Assembly: GCA_963752285.1 (NCBI GenBank)
Contig: CAVVXN010000005.1
Span: 1,920,001-1,984,000 of the forward strand
Direction: 5' to 3'
Source: an uncultured Planctomycetota bacterium
Lineage (GTDB): Bacteria; Planctomycetota; PLA2; JAEUHO01
Length of the DNA stretch: 64,000 nt
Positions 29,005-38,634 of the stretch are shown piece by piece. How positions within the stretch are numbered: position 1 is the stretch's first letter; every line of letters starts with the position of its first letter. The notes under the pieces are model-generated. The model did no database searches. It worked only from the letters and a program-made list of their open reading frames with translations, and had not been told where the DNA came from. The translations under genes and the position numbers were made by a program.

Positions 29005-29116
29005 GCAGCCGCGCCGGGCGCCGGCCCGCGGGGGCCGTCGAGGCTGCGGGCGGCGGGGACGCGACGACCCACGCGGCCCGGGGGCTATCATGGCGCCCCA
29101 CCCGTCGGGAGCCAGC

Positions 29117-30466
29117 ATGGGCGTTTCGGAGCTCAAGCAGAAGGCCAAGGACGCCTTCCGTCGCAAGCAGTACGACCTCGCCATCGAGATGTACCTGGAA
29201 GCGCTGCGCTTCGAGGCAAACGATCGCGAGCTGGTCGAGGGCTTCTTCCAGGCCGCCCGGAAGGCCCGGGAGTCGAAGGGCAAGGCGCTCTTCGGGGGCA
29301 TGTTCTCGCGCATGTCACTCGGCTCGAGCCGGGACCCCGAGAAGCGGATGACCGCCTGCTTCCGCGGCCTCGCGAAGAACCCCGAGGACCGAAACCTCCT
29401 GCTCGCCCTCGGCGAGGCCGCCGGACAGCTGGGCAAGGACGAGACGGCCGTCGCCGCGTACCGCCTCGCCACCGAGGTGGACACGGAGGACGCGAAGACG
29501 TGGAAGTACCTCGGCGAGTTCCTGGGCCGGCTCGGCCGCATCGAAGAGGCCCTCGACGCGCTCGGCCAGTCGGTGCGGCTCGACCCGAAGGACCAGGAGG
29601 CCATGAAGCTCCGGAAGAACCTGGCCGCCGAGGGCGCCCTCCAGGCCGGGCGCTACCACGAAGCCGGCTCGAGCCGCGAGCTCATGAAGGACCAGGACGA
29701 GGCGCGCCGCCTGGAGGCCGACGCCCGCCTCCAGGTGACGCCCGAGCACGCACAGCAGGAGGTGGACCAGATCCGCGAGAAGATCCTCGCGACGCCGGAG
29801 AACCCGAGGCTCCACACCCGCCTCGCCGAGTTCCTGCTCCAGGCCGGCAAGGAGGACGAGGCCCTCGAAGCCCTCCGCGAGGCCTCGCGGCTCGACCCGC
29901 AGAACTTCGACCTGAGCGTGCGCACCGGCGACATCCAGCTCCGGAGCCTCCAGCGCGCGGCGCGCGCGGCCAAGGAGGCGCTCGAGGCCGCACCGGACGA
30001 CCCGAGCCGGCAGGCCCGCCGCGACGAGACCCTCCGCGTCTTCCTCGAGGCCCAGCGGGAGGAGTTCGGTCGTCGGGTCCACGAGCACCCCATGGACCTC
30101 GCGGAGCGGTTCCGGCTCGGCCGGACGCTCCTCGCGCTCGGCGACCTGGACCTGGCCGCCGCCGAGTTCCAGCAGACCGTGCGCGACCCCCGCCGCAAGA
30201 CGGAGAGCCTCCTGCTCCTCGCCACCTGCTTCGAGAAGAAGGGCCTCGGGAGCCTCGCCGTGAAGAAGCTCGAGGAGGCGATCGAGGACTTCCCGACGCC
30301 GACGAGCCCCCAGGCGAAGGACGTCCACTACGCATACGGCGACCTGCTCGAGCGTTCGGGCGACAGGGCGCGGGCCCGCGAGGTGTTCGAGCGGATCTTC
30401 GAGGTGGACATCACGTACCGCGACGTCTCCCAGCGCCTGACCTCGCTCACCGAGGCCCAGGCCTGA
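29117..30466 (+). CDS. Tetratricopeptide repeat protein
   Basis: Repeated TPR helices (WKYLGEFLGRLGRIEEAL, LGRTLLALGDLDLA, YAYGDLLE) and C-terminal DITYRDV. TATCAT and GGAG upstream. Confidence 0.85.
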   Translation: MGVSELKQKAKDAFRRKQYDLAIEMYLEALRFEANDRELVEGFFQAARKARESKGKALFGGMFSRMSLGSSRDPEKRMTACFRGLAKNPEDRNLLLALGEAAGQLGKDETAVAAYRLATEVDTEDAKTWKYLGEFLGRLGRIEEALDALGQSVRLDPKDQEAMKLRKNLAAEGALQAGRYHEAGSSRELMKDQDEARRLEADARLQVTPEHAQQEVDQIREKILATPENPRLHTRLAEFLLQAGKEDEALEALREASRLDPQNFDLSVRTGDIQLRSLQRAARAAKEALEAAPDDPSRQARRDETLRVFLEAQREEFGRRVHEHPMDLAERFRLGRTLLALGDLDLAAAEFQQTVRDPRRKTESLLLLATCFEKKGLGSLAVKKLEEAIEDFPTPTSPQAKDVHYAYGDLLERSGDRARAREVFERIFEVDITYRDVSQRLTSLTEAQA

Positions 30467-30507
30467 GCCGGGGGCCGGGGCGGGCCGCGGCGGGCCCCCG
30501 CGCGGGG

Positions 30508-30527
30508 GCCGGGGGCGCCCGGCTTTT
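30508..30527 (+). terminator. Probable intrinsic terminator after the TPR gene
   Basis: GCCGGG-ggcg-CCCGGC followed by TTTT. Confidence 0.45.
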
Positions 30528-30595
30528 CCCGTGGACCCGCCCTCCCGGGCGGGCAAGATGGCTCGTTCGCCAGGACCCGCCAGGATCTCCCGTCC

Positions 30596-30856
30596 ATGCC
30601 GACCTCCCCCTCCGCCAAGAAGCGCCTGCGCCAGAACACGAGCCGGGCCGAGAAGAACCGCGCCCAGCGCTCCTCCATGCGGACCTTCGAGAAGCGGATC
30701 CTCTCCGAGATCGCCGCGGGACACGCCGACGCGGCCCGCGCCCTCCTCCCCCAGGTCTGCCAGCAGCTCGACAAGGCGGCGAAGAAGCGGCTGATCCACC
30801 CCAACACCGCGGCGAACCACAAGAGCCGGATCGCACGGAAGCTCGCCTCGCTCTGA
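30596..30856 (+). CDS. rpsT: 30S ribosomal protein S20
   Basis: SAKKRLRQ, NRAQRSSMRT, LDKAAKKRLIHPNTAANHKSR; 86 aa. Confidence 0.95.
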   Translation: MPTSPSAKKRLRQNTSRAEKNRAQRSSMRTFEKRILSEIAAGHADAARALLPQVCQQLDKAAKKRLIHPNTAANHKSRIARKLASL

Positions 30857-30887
30857 CGCCGTCGCAGCGTCCCGTCGGGCGCCGGCC

Positions 30888-32081
30888 TCAGGCGCGCGAG
30901 GTGACCCGGCGCAGGACCTCGGGCAGGAGGGCCAGCGCGAGGTCCACCGTCCGCTCGTCCACCGCGTACGAGATGCGGAAGTAGCCCGGCCGACCGAACC
31001 CCGTGCCGGGCACGACGAGCAGGCGTTCTTCGAGCGCGGCCTCGGCGAACGCCACGTCGTCCATCCCGCCGGGCGTCCTCGGGAACACGTAGAAGGCGCC
31101 CTCGGGACGGACGACCTCGATGCCCGAGGCGTCGAGCGCGGCGAGGATCCGGCGGCGCGTGCGGTCGTAGCGCGTGACGTCCACCGTCACCTCGAGGAGC
31201 GTCTCGACGAGCCGCTGCTGGAGCGCGGGCGCGTTCACGAAGCCGAGGGCGCGCATCGAGAAGACGACGGCGCGCACGAGCGTCTCGGCGCCCTCGAGCC
31301 GCGGCGGGATCGCGACGTAGCCGATGCGCTCGCCGGGGAGGGCGAGGTCCTTGGAGAAGGACGTGACGTGCACCGTCGCGGGGTAGTGGTTCACGGGCCA
31401 CGGCACGTCCACGCCGTCGTAGACGATCGCGCGGTAGGGCTCGTCGGAGAGGAGGAGGATCGGACGCTCCCGGCCCGCCGACGCCCGGGCGAGCACCTCG
31501 GCCACCCGGGCGAGGTCCGCGTCGCCGTACACCACGCCGGTCGGGTTGTTCGGCGAGTTGAGGAGCAGCGCGCGGGTTCTCTCGGTGATCGCGCGCCGGA
31601 GGGCGTCGGGGTCGGGTCGGAACCGCTCGTCCGTCGGCACCACCACGGCGCGGCCGCCGTGGCTCGCGACGTAGTGCAGGTACTCGACGAAGTACGGCGC
31701 GAGGAGGAGGACCTCGTCGCCCGGGTCGAGGATCGAGCGGAGCACGACGTTGAGGCCCCCGCCGGCCCCCACCGTCATGACGACGTGCTCGGGCCCGTAC
31801 GGGACGCCGGTCCGGGCCGCGAGGTGCCGCGCGACCGCCTCGCGCGTGGGGAGGAGCCCGGCGTTCGGCATGTACCGGTGGAGCCCGGGGGTCTCGTCCG
31901 CGGCGACCTCGCGGAGCCGCGCGAGGACCTCCGGCGGGGGCTCCACGACCGGGTTCCCGAGCGAGAGGTCCGCGACCCGGTCCGCGCCGTACAGGCGCTT
32001 CAACCTGAGCCCCTCCTCGAACATCTTGCGGATCCAGGAGGCCTGGACGAGCGCTTCGCGGACGGCGTTCGAGATCGGCAT
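30888..32081 (-). CDS. PLP-dependent aminotransferase class I/II (aspartate aminotransferase-like)
   Basis: SWIRKMFEEG, LSLGNP, NSPNNPTG, DEPY, SFSKDLALPGERIG. Confidence 0.92.
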   Translation of the reverse strand: MPISNAVREALVQASWIRKMFEEGLRLKRLYGADRVADLSLGNPVVEPPPEVLARLREVAADETPGLHRYMPNAGLLPTREAVARHLAARTGVPYGPEHVVMTVGAGGGLNVVLRSILDPGDEVLLLAPYFVEYLHYVASHGGRAVVVPTDERFRPDPDALRRAITERTRALLLNSPNNPTGVVYGDADLARVAEVLARASAGRERPILLLSDEPYRAIVYDGVDVPWPVNHYPATVHVTSFSKDLALPGERIGYVAIPPRLEGAETLVRAVVFSMRALGFVNAPALQQRLVETLLEVTVDVTRYDRTRRRILAALDASGIEVVRPEGAFYVFPRTPGGMDDVAFAEAALEERLLVVPGTGFGRPGYFRISYAVDERTVDLALALLPEVLRRVTSRA

Positions 32082-32226
32082 GGCGCGGGTGTAGCCCGAA
32101 GCGTGGCGCGAGACAAGGCCGGTCGGTCGTTCCCTCGGGCAGGCCGGCCCCGACACGAGAGCGCCGTCCCGGGCACCCCGTGGGGCGCGCCGGGACGGCG
32201 CGATGCGTCGTCGGAGACGGGTTGGG

Positions 32227-33816
32227 CTACTTCGTGCCGAAGACGCGGTCGTAGCGGTAGTAGACCTCGAGGCACATGGCGAGGAGCGCCGTCGAGTAGA
32301 CGCGGCCGCCGTCCGGGCCCCAGGGGTCGATCGGGTCCCAGGAACCCTTGTACATGCAGAAGTCCGTGTCGTGGCGCTGGTTGTCCACGACCGCGGTCTT
32401 GAGCGCCTTGTTCCACGAGTCCCACTGCGAGCCACCGACCTGGTACATGGCGAGCGTCGCGTAGTACCAGTAGTACATGTCGATGCTGCCGTCGTTCGGG
32501 TTCCAGCTCGGGGGCAGCTTCGAGCAGATGTCGGCGCCCTTCTTGATGACCTCGCTCTTGCGCGGGTCCTCGCCGATGAAGATGCGCGCCAGCATGCCGA
32601 CGCCCGTCATCGACTCCGACTTGTCGCCCGGGAACTTGTCGATCAGCTCCATCGGCCGCGCCGGCTGGCCGCCGCGCTGCACGTACCCCGTGCGGCCGTA
32701 CTCGTCGGTCATCTTGTCGATCCACGACTTAACGCCGTCGAAGGCCTCCTCGTCGATCACGAGGGGGTGCTGCTTGCCGCGGCCCTCGGCGTCCTTGTCG
32801 ATGAGCTTCGCGCTCTTGAGCGCCATCATCATCCAGCCGGAGCAGGAGGTGTCGTTGTCGCCGGGCTTCACGCCGTAGCGCCACGCGAAGTACGGGTTCC
32901 GGGCCAGCGCGATGAAGTCGAGGGCCTTCTGCGCCGAGCCCTTGAAGATCGGGCTCTCGGTCATGCCGTAGGCCTCGACCATCGCGAGCGACGCGGTCGC
33001 GTGGTTGTAGATGAAGTGCTGGCTCTGGCGGGGCCCGAAGCAGCCCTCGGGGTCCTGCACGTTCTTGAGATAGCGGAGGCCGCGCGCGACGACCTGCGCG
33101 AAGGGGTGCTTGCCGCGGTTCGTGTAGCCGGCGCCGAGGAACGCGCAGAGCGCGAGGCCCGTCACGCCCGGGTCGTACATGATCGGCTTCCCGAGGCCGT
33201 CGGGCCCCTGCGAGACCGGCTTGTAGTCGCACCACTTGTCGAAGCCGCCGGCTTCCCACGCGCCGCTCGGCGACTGGTGCGACGCGAGCCACTTGAGCGC
33301 GTCCTCGACGGCGCCCTGGGTCTTCTTGCCGCCGCCGCCGCTTCCGAGGTCGCGGTGACCGCCGCGCCCGCGGAACGCGCCGCCGGCACCGCCGCCGAGG
33401 CCGATCGCGCCGTTGTTGGCCGGGCCGGTGAAGGGGGCGTCCGAGATGCCGTCCTCACCGAGCGACTCCTCCGTCGGGAGGTCGTTGTCGGTCTCGACGT
33501 GGTCGGACTGGTCCTCGTTCTTGATCACGGGCTCGGGGGTGACGATGTCCTCCGGGTGGACCTCCTTCGTCTCCTCCGGAACCTCGGGAAGCTCTTCCTC
33601 CGGAGGCTTGTCGGTGGCCTTGATGGCGACCTGCGACGCGGGCGGTTCCTCCGCCGCGTGCTGCATGATCAGGCTCGCGATCACGAAGATGATCACGTGG
33701 ATCGCGATCGAGATCATCCACCAAGGCGCCTGTTTCAAGGCGTTGTAGAGCTGCTCGTTGAAGTCGCCCTGCGGGGCGAAGGCATCGAGGTGCTGTGCGC
33801 GCTGGTCCCGAGGCAT
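32227..33816 (-). CDS. Membrane-anchored prenyltransferase/squalene-oxidase repeat (alpha/alpha barrel) protein
   Basis: N-terminal TM helix, acidic/Pro-rich linker, QW-type repeats (LKWLASHQSPSGAW, LKNVQDPEGCF), YYWYY, GSWDP, GGRVYST. Confidence 0.8.
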   Translation of the reverse strand: MPRDQRAQHLDAFAPQGDFNEQLYNALKQAPWWMISIAIHVIIFVIASLIMQHAAEEPPASQVAIKATDKPPEEELPEVPEETKEVHPEDIVTPEPVIKNEDQSDHVETDNDLPTEESLGEDGISDAPFTGPANNGAIGLGGGAGGAFRGRGGHRDLGSGGGGKKTQGAVEDALKWLASHQSPSGAWEAGGFDKWCDYKPVSQGPDGLGKPIMYDPGVTGLALCAFLGAGYTNRGKHPFAQVVARGLRYLKNVQDPEGCFGPRQSQHFIYNHATASLAMVEAYGMTESPIFKGSAQKALDFIALARNPYFAWRYGVKPGDNDTSCSGWMMMALKSAKLIDKDAEGRGKQHPLVIDEEAFDGVKSWIDKMTDEYGRTGYVQRGGQPARPMELIDKFPGDKSESMTGVGMLARIFIGEDPRKSEVIKKGADICSKLPPSWNPNDGSIDMYYWYYATLAMYQVGGSQWDSWNKALKTAVVDNQRHDTDFCMYKGSWDPIDPWGPDGGRVYSTALLAMCLEVYYRYDRVFGTK

Positions 33817-34023
33817 CGCTTGCTCCTGTCCGCCGGGCCCTACGGCCTGCGCGGCGTCCGTCCGCCGTGGATCCGGGTCCGCCTGGCCACCGGGCCCGTC
33901 GTTCGGCCTTCGGGGGTCCTTCCGGCCGGCGTCGGGCGATTGTAGGGGCGGACCCTGGCAGGACCAACGGGCGGGGCCCGGCCCGGGTTCAGCGAAACCC
34001 GCCGGCCCCCCGCGGCCGGACGG

Positions 34024-35274
34024 TCACCGGAACCGGACGAGCCGGTTCACCGGGTCCCGGTCGAGCTCCTCGAGCCGCCGCTGGGCCATGCCGACGATCG
34101 CGTCGGCCAGGTCGGGGGGCTGGACGACGCTCCGCGTGGTCAGGAGCTCGATCAGGCGCTGCTCGGCCAGGCGCTCCTGCCGGATCCCGCGGACCCGCTC
34201 CACGATCTTCTCGTACGCCTTCTCGTAGGGGATCCGCCGGGAGGGCCGGACCTCGTGGACCCCGAGGACCAGCGGGCCTTCCGCTTCGGCGAGCACCTTC
34301 ACGTCCCCCTGCTTGCGGCCCGGGGCGAGGAGCCAGGCGGCCGCGGCGTGGCCGAACTGGCGCTCCAGGCGGTCGGCGTCGTCCACGACCTCGGGGAAGT
34401 CGTTCCAGCGGGCCGGGCGGGGCAGGTCGTAGCGCTTCGCGAGCTCGGCGGCCGGGGTCCCGGCGGCGAAGGCGGCGGCGAGCGCCTCGGCGTCCTTCTG
34501 CGCCTTCTCCTCGGCCTCGAGGAAGCCGACGTCGTCGGTCAGGTAGCGGTCCACGGGGATCTGCCAGACCGCGAACTCGACCCCCGCCTTCTCGTCGAAG
34601 GCGCCCGGCGCGGTGAGGTAGATGCTCCGCGCCTCGGCGGGCGAGGGGTCGAGGTCCACCTGCGGGCGCCCCTTCGGGCCGATCCCGTGCGTCAGGCTCC
34701 GCATGTACAGCTCGACGAGGATGCTCTCGCGGACCTGGTCCTTGTACTCGTCCCGGGTCAGGTTCCGCTCGGCCAGGATCCGGGCCGGCGTCGTCTCGAC
34801 CCCCGTGTTCTTCTCGACCGCACGGACCTGGTCCTCGAGGTTCCGGTCCACGAACTCGTCGAGCTGCTGCGGCGGGATGTGGATGCCGATGCGCCGGGCC
34901 TCGTGGACGAAGATCAGGAGCTGGGAGCGCTCGAGGAGGCGCTGCCGGATCTTCTGGTCGTACTGCGACTCGGTCTCGGGCGGCACCCGCGGTCCCGCCT
35001 CCCGCACCAGCCGCCGCCGGGTGATCACCTCGCCGTCCACGACCGCGAGCTTCGCGTCGAGCTCCGTCCCCTGGGGCTCGGGCGGCGGCGCGTTGCTGTC
35101 GGACGTCGCGTACCGGTAGCCCGGCGGGAGGCAGGACGGGGTCGCCTCGTTCGCGTTGGGGCCGTTGGCCAGGTTCGCCGAGTGCTGGCAGGCGGCGAGC
35201 CCGACCAGGAGGAGGGCCGCGAGGCCCAGGCCCGCCAGCCGCTCCGGCCCCCACGCCCTCGCACGCGTCCGCAT
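34024..35274 (-). CDS. SurA/PpiC-like foldase lipoprotein
   Basis: Lipobox LAAC, LAVVDGEVITR (SurA N-domain), FAAG...ELAKRY; directly downstream of mfd. Confidence 0.65.
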   Translation of the reverse strand: MRTRARAWGPERLAGLGLAALLLVGLAACQHSANLANGPNANEATPSCLPPGYRYATSDSNAPPPEPQGTELDAKLAVVDGEVITRRRLVREAGPRVPPETESQYDQKIRQRLLERSQLLIFVHEARRIGIHIPPQQLDEFVDRNLEDQVRAVEKNTGVETTPARILAERNLTRDEYKDQVRESILVELYMRSLTHGIGPKGRPQVDLDPSPAEARSIYLTAPGAFDEKAGVEFAVWQIPVDRYLTDDVGFLEAEEKAQKDAEALAAAFAAGTPAAELAKRYDLPRPARWNDFPEVVDDADRLERQFGHAAAAWLLAPGRKQGDVKVLAEAEGPLVLGVHEVRPSRRIPYEKAYEKIVERVRGIRQERLAEQRLIELLTTRSVVQPPDLADAIVGMAQRRLEELDRDPVNRLVRFR

Positions 35275-35283
35275 CCGTTGAGA

Positions 35284-38200
35284 CTACCCGCCCCGGGGCC
35301 CTCGTCCCCGACCCGGGAGCGGTGCACGCGCCCGGGTCTCGGGACCCGTGGGACGAGACGCGGCCTCGAGGCGGGGGAGCGCCGTCTCGAGAACCGCGGG
35401 CGCGCCCCTGGCCTCGGGCGTCGGGAGGAACCACGACCGGGGTCCGATCGAGAAGAGCGGTCCCGAGGCGCGGAGGCGGTCGAGGTCCCGGCCCGGCGGC
35501 ACGTCGACGAGCAGGACGCCGGGCCGCTCGGCGGGGTCCACGCGCCGCGCGCCGAGACGTCCGGCGGCGATCCGGACGCGCTGCGCGAGGAGGAGGCGCT
35601 CGACCTCGGGCGGCCGGGGTCCGAAGCGGTCGAGGACCTCGGCGGCGACGTCGTCGAGCACCGCGGCGTCTCCGGCGCCGGAGATGCGGCGAAAGAGCCG
35701 GAACTTCTCGCGCGGGTCCGAGACGTAGGCGTCGGGGATGCCGCCCGGGAGGTCCACCGCGAGGTACGCGGGCTCGCCCTTCGGCCGCGGCTCGCCCCGC
35801 GCGTGGCGCACGGCGTCGGCCAGCAGCCGGCAGAAGAGGTCGTAGCCCACCGCCGCGATGTGGCCCGACTGCTCGGGGCCGAGGAGGTTTCCGGCGCCGC
35901 GGATCTCGAGGTCGCGCATCGCGATCCGGAAGCCCGCGCCGAGCTCCGAGTACTCCTCGACCGCCCGGATGCGCTCCGCCGCCTCGGGCCGCACGGGCCG
36001 GTCGGGGGGGAGGAGCAGGAGCGCGTGCGCGCGGCGGCGCTCGCGCCCCACGCGCCCGCGGAGCTGGTGGAGCTCGGCGAGCCCGTAGCGGTCGGCGTCG
36101 CGGAGCACGATGGTGTTGGCGTTCGGGATGTCGAGCCCCGACTCGACGATCGTCGTGGCGAGCATCACGTCCGCCTCGCCGCGCACGAACCGGAGCATGC
36201 GCGCCTCGACGCGCTCTTTCTCCATCTGGCCGTGGATCGAGACGATGCGCGCCTCGGGGACCATGGCGGAGATCCGCTTCGCGACGAGCGGCAGGTCTCG
36301 GATGCGGCTGTTCACCACGAACACCTGGCCGCCGCGGTCGATCTCGCGGCGCACGGCGTCGCCCACGACCTCGTCGCTCTCCCGGGCCACGACCGTCTCG
36401 ATCGGGTGTCGCCCGAGGGGAGGCGTGGTCAGGTTCGAGATGTCGCGGATGCCGAGGAGCGCCATGTGGAGCGTGCGCGGGATCGGAGTCGCGGAGAGCG
36501 TCAGGAGGTCCACCTCGGTGCGGATCGACTTGAGCCGCTCCTTCTGCTTCACGCCGAACCGCTGCTCCTCGTCCACGACGACCAGGCCGAGGTCCCGGAA
36601 CGAGACGTCCTTCCCGAGCAGCCGGTGCGTGCCGACGACGACGTCCACCGAGCCATCCGCGAGGCCCGCGAGCGTCCGCCGGTTGTCGCGCGCCGCGTGC
36701 AGGCTCGACAGCGGCCGCACGCGGATCGGGTACGGCGCGAGGCGCTGCGTGAACGTGCGGACGTGCTGCTCGCAGAGGACCTTGGTGGGGACGAGGACCG
36801 CCGCTTGGCGCCCCCCGGCGACGACGCGGAAGACCGCGCGGAGCGCCACCTCGGTCTTGCCGTAGCCCACGTCGCCGCAGAGGAGCCGGTCCATCGGCCG
36901 GTCCCCGCAGAGGTCCTCGTGGATCGCGCGTGTGGCCGACGCCTGGTCGGGCGTGTCGGGGTGGGGGAACGCGGCCTCGAACTCGGCCTGCCAGTCGCCC
37001 GGGACCGGGAGCGGCGACGTGGTGCGCCGCTGGCGCGCCGCGTGGGTCTCGAGCAGGTCCTCGGCGAGCTCCTCGACGGCGGCCTCGACCTTGGCCTTCC
37101 GGTGCCCCCACTCGGGGCTCCCGAGCTTCGAGAGGCGTGGCGTCCGCCCCGTCCCGACGTAGCGCTGCACGAGGTCGATGCGCGCGACCGGGACGTACAC
37201 CAGCGTCCCCTCGGCGAACTCCACCTTGAGGAACTCGCCGGACCCGTCCTTCCCCTCGAGCGTCACGAGCCCACGGAAGACGCCGATCCCGTGGTGCAGG
37301 TGCACGACGGGCTGGCCGAGCTCGAGCTCCAGGTAGTCCTGGATCGGGCGCCCGCGCGGGCCGGCGCGCCCGACGCGCCGCTCGCGCGCCGGCAGGTCGG
37401 CGAGGTCGTCGTACGCGACGTGCGCGGTACGCGTCGGCCCGAACACGAAGGAGTGGCTGAGCGACCCGCGGCGGAACGCGACCGGAACACCCGGCGCGTG
37501 CTCCTGGAAGAGCTCCCGCATGCGCTGCTCCTCGCCGGTCGCGCGCGCGTGCACCACGATCCGCTCCGCGCGCGCGGCGAGGTTCTCGAAGGCGCCGGCG
37601 ATGCGCTCGGTCCGCGCCGCGGGAGCCTCCTCGGCCCGGGCGCCCTCGAGGCCGTGGAGCGCGATGCCCTGGAGCGCGTCCACGCCGCCGACGTCCACGT
37701 CGAGGTCACCGGAGCGACCGAGCGGGAGCGAGGACACCTCGATCGACGGGCGGGGCGCGAGCGCGGCCTCGAGGCGCGAGAGCCCCGGCCCGGGCAGCCG
37801 GGTCGCGGCCTCGAGGAGGGCGTCGGGCTCGACCTTCGCGAGCCGGACGTCCGGCGGGAGGTGGTCGAAGAGGAGCGCGTCCTCTTCGGGGAGCGGATGG
37901 CGGAAGCGATCCGCGGGGAGGAGGAAGACGTGGACCCCGTCCCTCGGCTCGCCGCTCCGCTGGGTCGCGGGATCGAGCCCGCGGACCGACTCGATCTCGT
38001 CGCCGAAGAAGTCCACGCGCGCCGGGAGCTCGGCGCCGTAGCCCCAGACGTCGAGGACGCCGCCGCGCGCCGCGAACTCGCCCTCGGACTCGACCGCGCC
38101 GACGCGCACGTAGCCCGAGAGCGCGAGGTGCTCGAGGAGGGCCGTAAGGTTCTGCTCGTCGCCCACGTCGAGAGCGAGACGCGAGGCCGCCAGGGCCGCG

Positions 38201-38601
38201 GTGGCGGGAACGGGGTCGAGGAGCGCCGCGAGCGACGCGACCACCACCAGCGGCGCGCCGGTGGGCCCCGTCCCCAGGCATTCCGCCGCCTCGAGGACGC
38301 GGGCGCGCGCGTGCAGCACCTCGGGGTCGGGCGGCCCGGCGCCGTCGCCCCGCGGCCAGGCCGGAAACGGGAGCGAGGGCGCCGGGAGGAACGCATCCAC
38401 GTCCAGACGCAGGCGATCCAGGGCGTGCGCGTCCGCGACGAGGAGGACGAGCGCGCCCTCGCGCTCCGCGATCGCCGCGAGCACGAGGCCCGCGGCGCCC
38501 GCGTGAAGTCCCCCGACGCGGACGGACCCCTCCCGGCCGAGGAGGGCCTCGAGCGGGCCCGCCACGGTTCCGAGCGTTCGTAGAGGCGTCGGGCCTCGCA
38601 T
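35284..38601 (-). CDS. mfd: Transcription-repair coupling factor
   Basis: VVHLHHGIG (RID), DRLLCGDVGYGKTEVA, DEEQRFG, SATPIPRT, QLRGRVGR, RDLEIRGAGNLLG. Confidence 0.96.
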   Translation of the reverse strand: MRGPTPLRTLGTVAGPLEALLGREGSVRVGGLHAGAAGLVLAAIAEREGALVLLVADAHALDRLRLDVDAFLPAPSLPFPAWPRGDGAGPPDPEVLHARARVLEAAECLGTGPTGAPLVVVASLAALLDPVPATAALAASRLALDVGDEQNLTALLEHLALSGYVRVGAVESEGEFAARGGVLDVWGYGAELPARVDFFGDEIESVRGLDPATQRSGEPRDGVHVFLLPADRFRHPLPEEDALLFDHLPPDVRLAKVEPDALLEAATRLPGPGLSRLEAALAPRPSIEVSSLPLGRSGDLDVDVGGVDALQGIALHGLEGARAEEAPAARTERIAGAFENLAARAERIVVHARATGEEQRMRELFQEHAPGVPVAFRRGSLSHSFVFGPTRTAHVAYDDLADLPARERRVGRAGPRGRPIQDYLELELGQPVVHLHHGIGVFRGLVTLEGKDGSGEFLKVEFAEGTLVYVPVARIDLVQRYVGTGRTPRLSKLGSPEWGHRKAKVEAAVEELAEDLLETHAARQRRTTSPLPVPGDWQAEFEAAFPHPDTPDQASATRAIHEDLCGDRPMDRLLCGDVGYGKTEVALRAVFRVVAGGRQAAVLVPTKVLCEQHVRTFTQRLAPYPIRVRPLSSLHAARDNRRTLAGLADGSVDVVVGTHRLLGKDVSFRDLGLVVVDEEQRFGVKQKERLKSIRTEVDLLTLSATPIPRTLHMALLGIRDISNLTTPPLGRHPIETVVARESDEVVGDAVRREIDRGGQVFVVNSRIRDLPLVAKRISAMVPEARIVSIHGQMEKERVEARMLRFVRGEADVMLATTIVESGLDIPNANTIVLRDADRYGLAELHQLRGRVGRERRRAHALLLLPPDRPVRPEAAERIRAVEEYSELGAGFRIAMRDLEIRGAGNLLGPEQSGHIAAVGYDLFCRLLADAVRHARGEPRPKGEPAYLAVDLPGGIPDAYVSDPREKFRLFRRISGAGDAAVLDDVAAEVLDRFGPRPPEVERLLLAQRVRIAAGRLGARRVDPAERPGVLLVDVPPGRDLDRLRASGPLFSIGPRSWFLPTPEARGAPAVLETALPRLEAASRPTGPETRARAPLPGRGRGPRGG

Positions 38602-38634
38602 CAAGACGAGAGGCCGCGCCCGGGCAGGGCGTCG

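Noticed and set aside
32227..33816. Squalene-hopene cyclase
   Set aside because: Single barrel with a TM anchor, no DxDD motif and no hopanoid genes nearby.
34255..38583. 1442-aa + strand ORF and similar long antisense ORFs across the window
   Set aside because: Mirror frames of mfd and other clear genes, with no motifs of their own.
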